Assembly: GCA_976226885.1 (NCBI GenBank)
Contig: OZ320313.1
Span: 45,880,001-45,944,000, forward strand
From: Iphione sp. A-MEVVRFRX5
Lineage: Eukaryota
Direction of reading: 5' to 3'
Length of the DNA: 64,000 bases
Under the pieces are notes generated by a model. The model ran no database searches and was not told the origin of the DNA. It worked only from the letters and a program-made list of their open reading frames with translations. Positions 61,759 through 64,000 of the stretch are shown in pieces (within the stretch, counting starts at the first letter, position 1; each line of letters starts with the position of its first letter). Both the position numbers and the translations under genes were made by a program.

Positions 61759-63625
61759 CTACTCCTGTTTCCCTCTACCTGAGGGACTAGTGGGGGCATC
61801 GCTCACCCCACGGCTGGTGGCTCCTCCGGGCGCTGCCCGGCCAGATGCTGCCCGGCCAGATGCTCCCCTTCCTGGTGCCGCCCTTCCTGGTGCCGCCCTT
61901 CCTGGTGCCGCCCTTCCAGGTGCCGCCCTGCCAGGTGCTGCCCTGCCAGCTGATGAAGGTGCTTCCAGGCTCGCACCTCCGGGGGACGCTGCACTTCCGC
62001 TCGCCGCTGGGTCATCATTACCTCGACCCCTAGCCCCCCCCCGGGCTCACCCACCTCTCACCGAAAGAGCAGCCACCTGGTTGGTGAGGATCGCCATGTT
62101 CTCCCGGAAGTAACCAATGGACTCCCAGACCGAACGCACCGTGGTGTCGATGAAGGTGGCGCTCGCACTGCACTTGGCTTCCAAAGACGACACCCTCTCG
62201 ACGGCCAGGCGGTCCAGGGACTCCATTTGTCGGGTGACAAGTTCGGTCTGGTCTTGCTGGCGGGCAGAAAACGCGTCCAGCCATCGGGACATGTCGTCGA
62301 GTCGGCCCATCACAGTCTGCTCCAAGGCACTCAACCGCTCCTCCATTCTCCGCTCGAAATCGTCTATTCTCCTCTCAACGCGCCGCCGCTCTGCCGCCTC
62401 TGTCGCTAGGCCCGCCCGGGCGGCTGAGGCAGTAGACGAACCCTCCAGGGCGATCTGCAGCCCCTCCCTCAGCTGCAGGTGGCCTGAGGACAGGGTGAGG
62501 AGCTGACCAGCACACAGCTCCAACAGTGGACCTGTCACAATGGAATACAAAGTAGTATAAAAATTTGGGGTTTTGCTTCACATGTAGTACATATGCAGTA
62601 ATTGACATGATTATTGGCAGGACATACCAGATAAGAATATTCGGTCTGCAGAAAACCAGTTCTGTATTTTGATGTGAGCGGACAAACTCTCATTCTGTAC
62701 ATATATCGAAAAGTGCGATTAATTTAGAACTGCTCAACTTGCTAAAACTACCGAACCACCGAACCACCGATTCACCGAACCACCGAACACCCGTGCAGTC
62801 GATCGACGGAAAATAAGATATATAACATTGATATGCTCTTACCAGCTTTCCCCTCATCCATTGCAGCACCGAGTTCGGCAGCACCGCCCTGCACCTCGTC
62901 CTCCAGGTCCTGGTCCGTGGGCTGCACGACTATGGGGGCTTTGTCCTTCACAAGTGTTGCCGGCTGCGTTGGCTGCTCCTCAGGTGAAAGTCGTGGCTGC
63001 CTTGTCTGCTGCTCCTCCGGTGAAGCCGGCGGCTGCCCTGTCCGCTGCTCCTCCGGTGAAGCCGGCGGCAGCCCTGTCTGCTGCTCCTCCGGTGAAGCTG
63101 GCGGCTGCCCTGTCTGCTTCTCAGGTGACGCGGGGGGCTGCCCTGTCCGCTGCTCCTCCGGTGAAGCTGGGGGTTGCCCTGTCTGCTGCCCCTCCGGTGA
63201 AGCCAGCGGCTGCCCTGTCTGCTGCTTCACCGGTGAAGCCGGCGGCTGCCCTGTCTGCTGCTCCTCCGGTGAAGCTGGCGGCTGTGGTGGGGCTTCCTCC
63301 TCCTTCTCCTCCTCCTTCAACTCCAGCACGGGCAGCAACGGCAGCTGCTGGATGACCGGTGGTGCTGGAGGATGTTCAGCTGGCTGGTCTGCCGCATCCT
63401 CCTCCTCCTCCTCCTCCATGCGCTCCTCGTCAGACGAAAGGGGCTTTGCCCCTCTATGACGGCCACCAGCAGCTATTGGCTCTTCCTCTGACGAGGACGG
63501 GGAGCGTACTGTGACGCTGTGCGCGCGCGGCCCCATCACAACGCTGCGGTAGTAGGTCATGCGGCGTTGAAACTCAATTGGATCCAACGATCGCCGCTGC
63601 GGCTCATGCACCTCCTTTCCCTCAT
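61759..63625 (-). CDS. Unidentified spliced gene: acidic/Pro-rich repeats, coiled coil, RGG/GRAAP tail; exons 63625-62843 and 62531-onward; 5' end outside the window
   Basis: Acceptor tttcag| at 63626, donor G|gtaaga at 62842 and acceptor gtgacag| at 62532 are all phase 1 and in frame. Heptad-rich segment RRVERRIDDFERRMEERLSALEQ...LEAK. In-frame TGA at 62047-49, after which the same frame stays open to TAG at 61759. Confidence 0.7.
61830..61950 (-). repeat. 15-bp coding-type repeat (GRAAP/GRAAS), about 8 units
   Basis: ggtgccgcccttcct-type units on the + strand. Confidence 0.9.
62965..63295 (-). repeat. 36-bp coding repeat (TGQPPASPEEQQ), about 9 units
   Basis: Visible in DNA and in ORF 62772-63686. 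One unit is 33 bp, so the frame is preserved. Confidence 0.93.
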
Positions 63626-63691
63626 CTGAAATTTGATATGGACAAGTAGTGAGCGGTTGTTCAGTGATTCGGCTAAGTGCAAGCAATATTG

Positions 63692-64000
63692 AGCATGGTT
63701 ATTGGCATGACATACCAGATTCTATCTTTTTGTACGAGAAAAAAACTACATGTCACACAGTTATCACCGAGCATTGATTCCAGTGAGCTGTTATGAGCGG
63801 ATGTTCAGATAATTAGCATAGTAGGTTATGAGCGGACGTTCAGAGAATTACCCTGGATGTCAAAAATGATGCATGAACAATGTTTCCTGTTAATTTCAGC
63901 ATGGTTATTGGCATGACATACCAGATTCTATCTTTTTGTACGAGAAAAAAACTACATGTCACACAGTTATCACCGAGCATTGATTCCAGTGAGCTGTTAT
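63692..64000. repeat. 206-bp-period direct repeat running off the window end
   Basis: agcatggttattggcatgacataccagattctatc...gagctgttat at 63692-63794 is repeated at 63898-64000. A related shorter copy is at 62604-62632. Confidence 0.9.

Larger units (their letters stand above)
57490..64000 (+). mobile_element. PIF/Harbinger DNA transposon, apparently autonomous; right end not found in the window
   Basis: TAA target then TIR GGCCCGGTTTCCTTATGTGC at 57490, TGCG-rich subterminal repeats, a spliced DDE transposase and a MADF/Myb-like gene. No GGAAACCGGGCC right TIR was seen before 64000. The element reaches at least 61022; extension to the window end is inferred. Confidence 0.85.

Noticed and set aside
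61759-61790. Fusion of the third gene to the MADF exons via donor TCAG|gtagag (phase 1)
   Set aside because: Phase-compatible, but it needs read-through of the TGA at 62047, uses a weak donor and would leave only half a MADF domain. Kept only as a remote possibility.
62965-63295. CRISPR-like array (36-bp repeats; also the 41-bp repeats at 37346)
   Set aside because: Units are contiguous with no unique spacers, there are no cas genes, the context is eukaryotic and the 36-bp unit is in-frame coding.
61679-63459. Plus-strand ORFs rich in Ala/Gly/Cys/Pro (61679, 62117, 62828, 62833)
   Set aside because: Shadow frames of GC-rich, 3n-periodic repeats. Only the minus-strand frame has matching in-phase splice sites.

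Overview
Repeat-rich metazoan genomic DNA, probably from an invertebrate. It is AT-rich, has spliceosomal introns and contains a 200-N assembly gap; no prokaryotic operons, rRNA or CRISPR arrays were seen. Most recognisable sequence is decayed transposable elements: two L2/CR1-type LINEs, two DIRS/Ngaro-type retroelement remnants, two pogo/Tigger transposase remnants, tRNA-derived SINEs, a non-autonomous CACTG (EnSpm/CACTA) element filled with CA-rich satellite, a solo LTR and several MITE families. The standout is a PIF/Harbinger element starting at 57490. Its three-exon transposase (+ strand, 429 aa, open) and its MADF/Myb-like partner gene (- strand) are mutually interleaved, each having coding exons inside an intron of the other, with all splice phases consistent. 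Next to it is a third, unrelated minus-strand gene (acidic/Pro repeats, coiled coil, RGG/GRAAP tail) whose introns share a CCGAACATCCG-type motif with the Harbinger introns. Also notable is a cluster of four MITEs with hAT-like CAGG ends but 5-bp target duplications. All protein assignments come from motif recognition by eye; no database searches were run.
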